DNA of 63,999 bases, the filler included, from Stramenopiles sp. TOSAG23-6 (lineage: Eukaryota): NCBI GenBank assembly GCA_900128565.1. It is 14 parts of 14 records of this genome, joined end to end, with 100 filler letters (N's around TTAATTAATTAA, not from the genome) between each part and the next. Parts side by side here need not be neighbours in the genome. Positions count along the whole stretch, not along the records: positions 1 to 4,504 come from LT637149.1; positions 4,605 to 9,102 come from LT637150.1; positions 9,203 to 13,694 come from LT637151.1; 11 more parts are not named here. One strand, written 5' to 3'. Shown piece by piece: positions 1 through 9,254 of this stretch. The position numbers and the translations under genes were made by a program. The notes beneath the pieces are model-generated. The model ran no database searches and had not been told where the DNA came from. It worked only from the letters and a program-made list of their open reading frames with translations. Each line of letters begins with the position of its first letter. Position 1 is the stretch's first letter.

Positions 1-103
1 AAAAAATATTTCAAAAAACAATTTTTTTACTTTGTTAGGTAAAAAAAAAAAAAAAAAAAAAAAAGTGAAAAATTCATACTAAACATTCATACTAAAAACG
101 TAC

Positions 104-1242
104 ACAGTACGACACAACCTTCAGACAAGCCTAATTTGTTACAAGGACCAGCACGGTAAGTCACACGGCGGAGGGCGTCATTTAAATCATCAGCGGATAT
201 AGAGTTACTGTTTCCATCATTCATAAGAAAGGCATCGGCAAAGTCATCATCACATTCAGTGAGACTTTCTACAAGTAAAATGTATTGTGAAAAAATATTT
301 TTTTTTTTTTTTTGGTAAAAAAAATTATTGAATTTTTGTTTTGTTTTGGAAAAATATTTCAAAAAAAAAAAATTGTTTGGTACAAAGTGTCCTGTGAAAA
401 AAAATATTTTTTAAATTTTGAAAACGTACGCTCTTGCTGATAGAGACTTTTCTAGGAGACTTTCAGAACCTTTAATATTTGAAAGAGAACGTCTGTTCAC
501 ACAAGATCCTAATTGATCACTCCATTCAATCAGTTCCATTGTTACTAAATCTACTATCGCACGAAAATTTGAACCTTCCCCGACTGGTAATTGAGTGACA
601 AGTGGGATGAAACCAAGTCTGTCACGCATGGTAGATACTGCCTGTATAGCGAAAAAAAAATTAAAAAAATCGTTAGGGACAAAATGTACAGTGAAAAAAA
701 AAATTACATTAACCCTAACCCTAATGAAAACGTACATGTTGCAGGTTCGCTCCTTCTCTATCTATCTTATTTACAAATATTACCCTAGGTATAAACTGGC
801 GCTTAGCTTGTCTCCACACTGTGAGTGTCTGTGCTTGAACACCAGCAACAGCGTCGATTATTGTTACTGCGCCATCCAATACGCGGAGAGACCTCTCAAC
901 TTCGTATGTAAAGTCAACATGACCAGGTGTATCAATTAAATTTATTTGGTGTTTTTTCCAGTCAAAACTAATCGCTGCGGAAGCAATGGTTATACCTCGC
1001 TCACGTTCTTGTGGCATAAAGTCGGTGACAGTATCACCATGATCAACATTGCCTGCAGTAATTACTGAACCGGAATAAAATAACATCCGCTCAGTTGTTG
1101 TCGTCTTTCCTGCATCTACGTGAGCTATTATACCAACATTTCGCACTTCTGAGGCCGGTGCACAAGTACTTATACCACGCTTGCACAAGATAAATTTATT
1201 GAAATGTCTACGCACAATTGAAAAAGAATACATAAATGCCAT
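104..1242 (-). CDS. GFM2: Mitochondrial elongation factor G2 / ribosome-releasing factor 2, 5' part (exons 1242-736, 641-430, 279-104; runs off contig)
   Basis: [30 protein letters not shown] and NKID G-domain motifs; N-terminal targeting-like peptide; spliced frame gives [15 protein letters not shown] and [12 protein letters not shown]. Confidence 0.85.
280..429 (-). mobile_element. Introner-family intron, GT-AT
   Basis: GTACGT...CACAATACAT; phase 2 (GC|T) restores the EF-G helix AR-A-LLVESL. Confidence 0.75.
642..735 (-). mobile_element. Introner-family intron, GT-AG, containing (TTAGGG)2
   Basis: GTACGT...CTAAC...TATACAG; phase 0. Confidence 0.8.
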
Positions 1243-1526
1243 CTACTTCACCTGAATTTGTGTTGCAAGTGTGTGTCACACAATATAGCCTTCGTACTAG
1301 TAGGACTTAGCTAGTAATATATCTATGTAGTAGGACTTTTGCTCAAGATGAACACACACACGCGTGTCAGTGCTGACTACGACTACTCAAAATTTGAAAT
1401 TTCATGAAACTGTCAGCTTGCTTGTTCGTGTTGTCAGTTATATAATATAGTATAGCTTATTTTGTACATTGTACGTATATTTTAGGTGCGAACAAAGAAA
1501 ACATCAAATAATACATCGATATAAAA

Positions 1527-3438
1527 ATGAGCTCGTCGATACGACAGGCAACTCCAGTTCTAGACATTGACGGGAAACAATCTTGGTTAATGGCACGTCG
1601 TTTTGCTTCTTCACCTAGGGAAAAACGAAACGGACATAAATCATTTTTACCTGTAGGCCTGGATGATTGGTTTAACTCACCTCGAAGTATGCCAGCATCA
1701 ATAGTAAACACTGAAATAGGTCCCGAAACAAGAATTTGTTATGCATCATATCGTGTACTATCTATCCCCAAAATCAATACTGCGTCTAATACTTTCTCGA
1801 TAAATTTGCTTTTATTTATTCTCTGGGATGAACCAAAATTATATGGACAACTCAGTGAATCTGACTGCATTGATTGGAGTAAATATTGGTCACCAAACAT
1901 TACCATTGCAGACGTTAGAAGTTGTAATGCAGATTTTTTTACCACTTTACCACATACTAAACCGAAACTGATCAAATTTGAAGGATGGGATAATGTATGT
2001 TTTATTTTTTTTTTTACAAAAAAATCGAAGTTTTTTTTTTTTTGGTAAAAAAATTTTGTACCTAACAATTTTTTTTAGATTTTTTGAAATATTTTTCCAA
2101 AATACATGAAATGGTTTTACATGTGCAAAAGTTAAACTGTTTAGTTGGAAATAAGTTTAATTTGATTAACTTTCCATTTGATGTTCAAGTTCTTGACGTA
2201 GGTTTTCTTTATGAATTTTTTACCTATTCCTTTTTTTTTTCGTACGAAATTTTGTACCTAACAAATTAAAAAAAAAATAAAAAAAAAAAAAAATATTTTT
2301 TCACAATACAGATTACCTTACGACCAAAAGAGAACGCCACTTCGGTATTAATTCGGTCAATGCCTCAGCAATATTCAACATTTTTTACATGCATTAATCA
2401 ATATGTAAATGATGGGAATCCAGAATGGGAAATTAGAAAACCACATATTAGAGAAGGCTTTGATAGCTGGACTTTAAACAGGACATGTACTTTTTCATTA
2501 TGAATTTCATTTTTTTTTAAATTTTTTTTTCGTACGAAATTTTGTACCTAACAAATTTTGAATTTTTTTTAAATATTTTTTTACAATACATATTCGACGT
2601 TAAGTCTTATAATACCAGTACGAAGGTACACATCCTTCTATTTTTACAAAGTTTTCTTTCCAGCCTTTTTTATTAATGCATTTTCGTTGACTTCATTTGC
2701 CATTGTTGGAAATCAAAATCATGTACTTTTTCATTATCAATTTCAAATTTATTTTTTTTTAATACGAAATTTTGTACCTAACAAAAAAAAAAAATTTTGA
2801 AATATTTTTTCACAATATATGTCCACGAGAGATTACATGTAATTCTGACAGTTTTGTTATCCCTCATTGCTTTTAAATTAGTGACTATTTCGTGGGCACC
2901 TCACGTGTCGTATCTCACAGCCATGGTACGTTTTATTTTTTTTCAAGTTTTTGTCTAAATTTGTTTTTCGTACTTAATTTCGTACCTAACAAATTGTACA
3001 AAAAAAATATTTTTTCACCATGCATGATAAATATTTATTTTGTGGTTTTGGATATCAAGCTTTATTAGCTACATTTGTATGCATTCAAGCAGCAGCAAGT
3101 GGAGATGATGATGATGATGAGGTGTATGATCTTATAGGGGCTCTCACATTTTCTATAAGTTATGCTGTTTTCCACTGTATTTTATTATTTTGGTGGTACC
3201 TTCGGCATCGTGAAACTTGTACTTTTTCTAACCCTAGCCCTACGAAATTTTCATTCCAAAAAAAAAAAGTTTTAAACTTTTTTTATACAACATTTGGTAC
3301 CTAAACGCTACTAACGATTATTTTTTTTTTAATATTTTCCACTGTACATTGCACGCGCTTTCAATTTCTGATGATAAATGGAAATTATTCAAAAAAGAGA
3401 ATTCTAGAAGTTTTTCTCTTGGTGAAAAAAGTAAATGA
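1527..3438 (+). CDS. Pentameric ligand-gated ion channel subunit, Cys-less/Pro-loop type; 7 exons (1527-1994, 2108-2197, 2312-2486, 2592-2722, 2821-2925, 3026-3218, 3350-3438)
   Basis: YWSPNI, LINFPFDVQ, pre-M1 RRYTSFY, M2 ERLHVILTVLLSLIAF and PHVSYLTAMDKY motifs; one open frame after removing six family introns. Confidence 0.85.
1995..2107 (+). mobile_element. Introner-family intron, GT-AT
   Basis: AT|GTATGT...AAAATACAT|; phase 0; AT duplicated. Confidence 0.8.
2198..2311 (+). mobile_element. Introner-family intron, GT-AG
   Basis: GTAGGT...CACAATACAG; same internal motifs, AG in the same register as the AT of other copies. Confidence 0.85.
2487..2591 (+). mobile_element. Introner-family intron, GT-AT
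   Basis: Phase 1 (T|AT) gives YSTLSLIIPVRR. Confidence 0.8.
2723..2820 (+). mobile_element. Introner-family intron, GT-AT
   Basis: GTACTT...CACAATATAT; phase 0 into M2. Confidence 0.8.
2926..3025 (+). mobile_element. Introner-family intron, GT-AT
   Basis: Restores conserved YLTAM|DKY. Confidence 0.85.
3219..3349 (+). mobile_element. Introner-family intron, GT-AT
   Basis: GTACTT...CTGTACAT; phase 1; open frame to TGA at 3438. Confidence 0.65.
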
Positions 3439-3637
3439 CTTAAATAAAAATAATCTTTAAACTTATTACATTTACTACATTAAAAAATAAATATAAAACA
3501 TCAATGAATTCTTGATCTATATTTAAATATATATTTAAATATATATTTGAAACCATACAAAAACATATTATATATATGGATAATTAGTGAAATATTATCA
3601 TATTAATTAAAAAATATATGAAAAGGGTAACCATTAC

Positions 3638-3723
3638 ATGTATTGTAAAAAAAAAAAAAATCGAAATTTGTTAGGTACAAAATTTCGTACGAAAAAAAAT
3701 TGAAATTCATAATGAAAACGTAC
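3638..3723 (-). mobile_element. Introner-family copy downstream of the stop codon (putative 3' UTR intron), GT-AT
   Basis: Full consensus GTACGT...CGTACGAAATTTTGTACCTAAC...TACAATACAT; no frame to validate. Confidence 0.65.
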
Positions 3724-3737
3724 ACTAGACACGAAAC

Positions 3738-3875
3738 TTATTTATTTTATCTTGGAGAAACATTTTGAGTCTTATACACTACACTACACTACAAGAACAA
3801 AAAACAAAAATTATTTATTTTTTCTTGGAGAAACATTTTGAGTCTTACACACTACACTACAAGAACAAAAAACAA
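3738..3875. repeat. Imperfect tandem duplication (~70 bp unit) of the gene 3' end
   Basis: TCTTGGAGAAACATTTTGAGTCTTA...CTACAAGAACAAAAAACAA occurs twice. Confidence 0.8.
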
Positions 3876-4451
3876 TAAGAAAAACTAATGCACCAATTAT
3901 AAACTCTGGAAGTATGATTTTTGTAAAAAACAGACCAAAATCCATTGCTGACGTTATCCACATTGAACTATGCGTAATACTATTAAATCTGTCACAAGTA
4001 GATACATCGAATTTATGACTATTCAATTTTGTTCGCTCGTCAAAAGATACAGCGTTGGTTTGAATAATTTCCCAAGGCTGAATTTTGGGTAGTATAGATA
4101 AAAAAAATCCATTTATGGTCCTTCGAAGATCGTTGCGTGGCCAATGCGCATTACCGCGATACAAACCTACATATATTGTGAAAACAAAAAACAATTTTGT
4201 ACAATTTGTTAGATACGAAATTTTCTATTAAAAAAATCTTTTAGGTTTAGGTACAAAATTTCGTACGAAAAAAAAATAAAACCTACATATTCTGCGCTCC
4301 AACCATCTCCTTGAATGTTTACAAAATGCTCATTCGTGTCTTTATCATTAAGCATTACTTTACACAACATAGCTTCCAGAGATTCCTGACTCAAGTTTCT
4401 TAAAATCGGATTATGCAAATGAAGATTCAATGAAACTTTCGCGCCATCTTC
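3811..4451 (-). CDS. Hypothetical protein, 3' part, with C-terminal TM helix (exons 4451-4287, 4170-3811)
   Basis: Open frame across a family intron; hydrophobic FIIGALVFLIVFCSCSVVC. Confidence 0.6.
4171..4286 (-). mobile_element. Introner-family intron, GT-AT
   Basis: Phase 0; 12-bp direct repeat ATATGTAGGTTT spans both junctions. Confidence 0.75.
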
Positions 4452-4505
4452 ATGTATTTTGGAAAAATATTTCAAAAAAAATCTAAAAAAATTTGTTAGG
4501 TACAN

Positions 4506-4604
4506 NNNNNNNNNNNNNNNNNNNNNNNNNNNNNNNNNNNNNNNNNNNTTAATTAATTAANNNNNNNNNNNNNNNNNNNNNNNNNNNNNNNNNNNNNNNN
4601 NNNN
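4506..4604. other. Artificial contig spacer (N-TTAATTAATTAA-N); also at 9103, 13695, 18282, 22868, 27452, 32034, 36613, 41188, 45762, 50336, 54910, 59483
   Basis: Same ~100-nt spacer with stops in all six frames; contig lengths fall monotonically. Confidence 0.97.
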
Positions 4605-4641
4605 AAATAAATTAGATCGAAGTAAGAGAAAAAATATTAAA

Positions 4642-5820
4642 ATGATAGAAACTACATCAAAACTTTCGACTGAAGTTGGTCGGGTGCAACAAAATAGGCA
4701 ACAAGACGTGCCTCCACATTTACAGAAACAGATTAAACTGAGGAAGCAAATGGCACAAAATATAAACGAAAAGAGAGAAATGCAAGAAAAACTTCGGATG
4801 CAGCAACGCCAGCAAAGGCAACACCAATCAAAAAAGAAGGCTGGTGTATATAATGAAGAAGGTGGGGGTGCTGCAGGTGCAGCATTAAATACTCATATTG
4901 GTATAGTTTCTACACCAACTTCTTTTCAACGCGAGCAAGGTGTGTCGCCAAGCCTTTCACCCCAAGCTCGAAATCGAAGATTGAAAGTGAGACATCAACG
5001 CATGAAGGAGCAACATCAAGGTGAGGAAAAGTCTACAACGACAAAAACACATGTAAAAAATACAGCCATTCCGGCAGTTCAAAATGAATTAAGCTATGAG
5101 GATGACGATGCAAGCTTTGTTTCGGAGTTTTGGGCTGGGGTCGAAGAACATGCATCATCTTGGATACCTGCTGAGAATATTAATGATGAAGTATCTTCTG
5201 ATAACTTTTCACCTATAGGTCAACTAAGTGAAGCATTACCAAGGAATGTCGCATCAGAAAATATACAAGGTGAAGGACATAAAACGACTGCCAAGCGTCT
5301 GTTACGTGGCGATGAAAATAATATTCCTCATAACCATACGAATAATATATTACCACAGGAATGGTTGGAAGATTCTGCGGTTCCCATTTCGATTCCAGGT
5401 TTAGGACTAGGCAGAGGTCCTGACACTCCTTTACCAGGTCAGAATTACCAGGATGCTAATACTGGAAGTAATAGAGCTCGTTTTGCAGCTGGAGAGTCAA
5501 ATATGAAACCCCAAGAAACAAGGCTTGGTCATCTAGAATTTTTGAAAGAACTTCGTGATGAGGGTCGAATTAATGANNNNNNNNNNNNNNNNNNNNNNNN
5601 NNNNNNNNNNNNNNNNNNNNNNNNNNNNNNNNNNNNNNNNNNNNNNNNNNNNNNNNNNNNNNNNNNNNNNNNNNNNNNNNNNNNNNNNNNNNNNNNNNNN
5701 NNNNGGTCTATGTGCTTTTCTCCAGGGGAAGGAATATCCTCAGGCCCTTCACCAGAAACATCAAATACGGAAGATAGTCCGGTGATGTTTCAAGTAGTTC
5801 AAAATCCAAATGATAAGTAA
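4642..5820 (+). CDS. Hypothetical Q-rich coiled-coil/disordered protein (possibly 5'-partial, internal gap)
   Basis: Long ORF; no recognisable domain. Confidence 0.55.
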   Translation: MIETTSKLSTEVGRVQQNRQQDVPPHLQKQIKLRKQMAQNINEKREMQEKLRMQQRQQRQHQSKKKAGVYNEEGGGAAGAALNTHIGIVSTPTSFQREQGVSPSLSPQARNRRLKVRHQRMKEQHQGEEKSTTTKTHVKNTAIPAVQNELSYEDDDASFVSEFWAGVEEHASSWIPAENINDEVSSDNFSPIGQLSEALPRNVASENIQGEGHKTTAKRLLRGDENNIPHNHTNNILPQEWLEDSAVPISIPGLGLGRGPDTPLPGQNYQDANTGSNRARFAAGESNMKPQETRLGHLEFLKELRDEGRINXXXXXXXXXXXXXXXXXXXXXXXXXXXXXXXXXXXXXXXXXXXXSMCFSPGEGISSGPSPETSNTEDSPVMFQVVQNPNDK

Positions 5821-5920
5821 TATATATTTTGATTAAACAAAGAATAAACGCTTTTATAACAAACAAAAATATTAATTCAACATTGTACGAATTATATATG
5901 GTGTTGTATGACTAATATAT

Positions 5921-7764
5921 TTAATCAATGTCTTCGTCCTCTTCTTCATTTCGTTTATCTTTTGGGTCTTTCTCTGAGGCCGATCTTATAGCTTCAGCAA
6001 CTCTCTCCTGCTCTCGTCGAGACTCTTCATTAGACATTTGTGTGCCCGGTACCCCCGGTGTTGTTTGTCGTGATTGTGAACTATCACCTCTCACTTGATT
6101 AGCCATCTGATTAAATTAGATAAAAAATTGAAATGAAAACGTACACGCCCCTCATTTGACTAGCAATTTGCATTATATTTGGATTGGCCATCGCTTGTTG
6201 TATCATTGTATTTAAATTATTCGATCCTAACATCGATTCAAAGTTATTTAAATTATTCGATCCTAACATCGATTCAAAGTTTGATTGCGTTTGACTGTTG
6301 CTGCTTCTCGAATGAATCCCACCTTCTGTATGATCCCTTGAAAATTGTGTTGGGGTTGATTTGGCTTGTTCTTTCATATCATTTGTACATGATTGAATAG
6401 CATTTTCAATTACTTGCCTCAATCGTTTAATTAACATGTATTGGGAAAAATATTTCAAAAATTTGAAATTTGTTAGGTACAGAATTTCTTACAAAAAAAA
6501 TGAAAAATCATGATAAAACGTACAAATTTTCTTGATCTCCCAGAGGTAAAACTAAAAAGTGCTCTTTTTTACCTTCATCATTAATATTATATTGATCGCG
6601 AAATCCAAACGCCTTCACAGCATTGATGCCACCAGGTAACTTTCCTAAATTCTTTTGAAATAATTTATTTGAAACTCTTATTTTTCGATATTTTGGATTT
6701 GTTGGATTTGCAATAACATTATCTCCGAATTTTCTGATAGTTTTTAATGCCAAGAGAAACGTATTATTATATTTATTATTAGTAACCTTGCAATGCGTCT
6801 TCAGAGTTCTAATTGCATTAATAAGACTTGAAAGTCCTGATTTGATTTGAGTATTCTTTGCACTTTGAGTTGCATCACGGGAAGAGCTAGGGTTAGGGTT
6901 GGTGACATAAGTTGGTATTACAGCATTACCAGTCATATTAGCGTCCAATTTCTTTACTATTTTAGCCACATCATTCAAAAATGTAGAGTGACTACTTTTA
7001 CAAGTTTCATGTCGAATTTTATACTGGGATAGTAAACAACCCCAACTCTCAGGCGCCCCGGAAGATATGACACTAATACCATACTTATTAGGGTTAGGGT
7101 TCTCTGTAGACACATTATTAATATCTAGAGGTGGGTTGATCGGATATTCTTGTAAAGTATCGAATGATGTTTTAGCATGTAAAACAAAAAGTACAACATT
7201 CGAATCAGGATATAAAATTTGTAACTCACTTTGAAGATCATAGACCTGTTGCTGTTCACTTTCGCACCAGATGAGAATCAATAGAGATGGAGGAGACAAC
7301 GACAATAGGCCATGCAATCGCTTAACTTGAGATTCGTGAATTCTTTTTTGCTTTTCTAGTAGATTGAATTGTTTTGTTTCTTCTTCAAATTTAATACGGT
7401 TTTCAGCTTCTTGTATCTCTAACATGGCTTGATGCGCTATTTCCCACTTTTGCTTCACTAATTTCAATAATGATTCAGATGTCTCTTCGAGTTCACGATA
7501 TTCCTCAACTAACTGAAGAACTTTTTTTATCATTTTTGGACCGTACACAGCCTTATCTGAATGTGATTCTGTTGCACGCGCTTGGAATTTTTCCACTGTT
7601 TTTTTCAATTCCATCATGGTTGTCCTATTCAAGTTCAACTCATCCAATAATACTCGTAAAGCGGAAGCATCACCTTCTTTGGAAGATTGTAAACGGATTT
7701 CTAGCTCTTTATACTTTGTTTCACATTCTAAAAGAGAAGCTGATGTCGATTTAAACAACGACAT
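5921..7764 (-). CDS. PUB-domain protein with N-terminal coiled coil and STI1-like C-terminus (exons 7764-6524, 6435-6147, probably 6106-5921)
   Basis: NVIANPTNPKYRKIRVSNKLFQ...GF PUB motif; MIQQAMANPNIMQIASQM STI1-like motif. Confidence 0.75.
6436..6523 (-). mobile_element. Introner-family intron, GT-AT
   Basis: Phase 2 (TT|G). Confidence 0.75.
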
Positions 7765-8040
7765 TTTGTACAAAGCTATGCGCTTTTGATTATCGAAGTG
7801 ACTCCACGTCAGGAGCTATAGAGTAAATATTCTCTTGATATAAAAAAACCTACCTTTATATAATATCGGGGAGAATATTGATTGTCGAGACACTGGTCAG
7901 TCAAACACGATGAGCTCGAGCTCGAGCTCAGCTGAGCGTAATCTTGAAGACGTAGAAAAATTCAACTTTTCGGTTTTCTTTTCGTTCAATTTCAAATCAA
8001 TACATTTATTTTTATAATCTCATTAAATTTTTTGAGTTGT

Positions 8041-9102
8041 TCATTCTATTTTCTTACTTCTAACACGTAACTCAACAATACTATGAGCATCCCCAGCAGA
8101 GATATTTGATACTTCCACAACATTCCTTCTCTCTTCTCCACCAATAAAAAATGTAACTTCACTGGGATGTATTTTGGAAAAATATTTGAAAAAAAAATCG
8201 TTAGGTACAATATTTCGTACGAAAAAACAATTCGAATTTGAAAAAAAATAAAACATACAGTATCGACACTTTTGTGTTTCATATGTTGAATAATTCCTAA
8301 TCGCGAGTGCTCTGCATTTCCCCAAGAAAATACCTTTGAATGACTTAGAGGATTTAGCCATATCGCTGGTAATATTTTTTCTATTTTGTTTATATTATCT
8401 CCCTCTTCTGAACAGACTTCTTGAATTATTTTTTGCACTTTAGAACTAGAAACTTTTGGTCCTGTATTTATTTTATACCCTTGTTCAGTATCATTGGGCA
8501 ATTTTGAGACCGCAATAGCATGACAGTTATGAGTAGCGACTGATTGGATCTTTGGAAAACGAATATCACCTACATAAATAGGCTCAAATCCGTAATTTCG
8601 AAATTCGTTTATCATCATAAATTTTCTGACTTGAATTGGCTTGAAAAAGTTTCGTTCACAAAACATGTTTATTCCGCATACTCCAAACACATTAGATCCC
8701 CAAGACCAAAGAGAACCATCTGATAAAACAGCTAATGAATGGCGCAGACCTGTTGCAACGCAAGCAACTGTATTTTTGGTTTTAGTTGGAGGATCGTTTT
8801 TTGTTTCAACTTGACCATTGTCATCAATTGTACCATCACGCTTTTTTTCTCTAACTTTGCTTTTTGAGTCAAGTTTTTCATAAAGCCGAAAAAGTATTTC
8901 CCTTTCTCTTTCAGAATTAACTGCCCAAAATATATTTTTTTGTATTTGAATTGGATACGATTTCCATTTAGCTTTGTTTTTTGACTTTTGTTCAGCATTG
9001 TTTTTTGACTTTTGTTCTCTTTGTGCTCCTAGTAAATGAACCCATTTTTTACAAAAGTCTTGAGCTCTCACCCAAACTAAACTTTCTTTGGATCCCTCTT
9101 TC
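8041..9102 (-). CDS. RCC1-repeat protein, 3' part (exons <9102-8259, 8166-8041)
   Basis: VATGLRHSLAVLSDGSLWSWGSN, FSWGNAEHSRLG, ISAGDAHS. Confidence 0.8.
8167..8258 (-). mobile_element. Introner-family intron, GT-AT
   Basis: Joins SVDT|PSEV...ISAGDAHS and completes an RCC1 blade. Confidence 0.8.
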
Positions 9103-9254
9103 NNNNNNNNNNNNNNNNNNNNNNNNNNNNNNNNNNNNNNNNNNNNTTAATTAATTAANNNNNNNNNNNNNNNNNNNNNNNNNNNNNNNNNNNNNNNNNN
9201 NNTACGAAATTTTGTACCTAACGATTTTTTTTGAAATATTTTTCCAAAATACAT

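Noticed and set aside
1993-2105. Reading the introns as U12 AT-AC introns
   Set aside because: Sliding by 2 nt works only where AT is duplicated. It fails at 429, 2926, 6523, 8258, 22355 and 32643, and the U12 donor ATATCCTT and branch TCCTTAAC are absent.
2240-2790. Repeated palindromic motif as a CRISPR array
   Set aside because: Irregular spacing, intervening sequences are exons of one eukaryotic gene, and there are no cas genes.
4549-4560. TTAATTAATTAA recurring every ~4.58 kb
   Set aside because: Six-frame-stop linker inside N runs; the periodicity reflects size-sorted contigs.
7912-7930. Short palindromic runs (GAGCTC)3, TCTCGCGAGTCGCGAGA at 44523, and small tandem repeats at 14329 and 34061
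   Set aside because: Possibly promoter elements, but no consistent shared motif could be supported.
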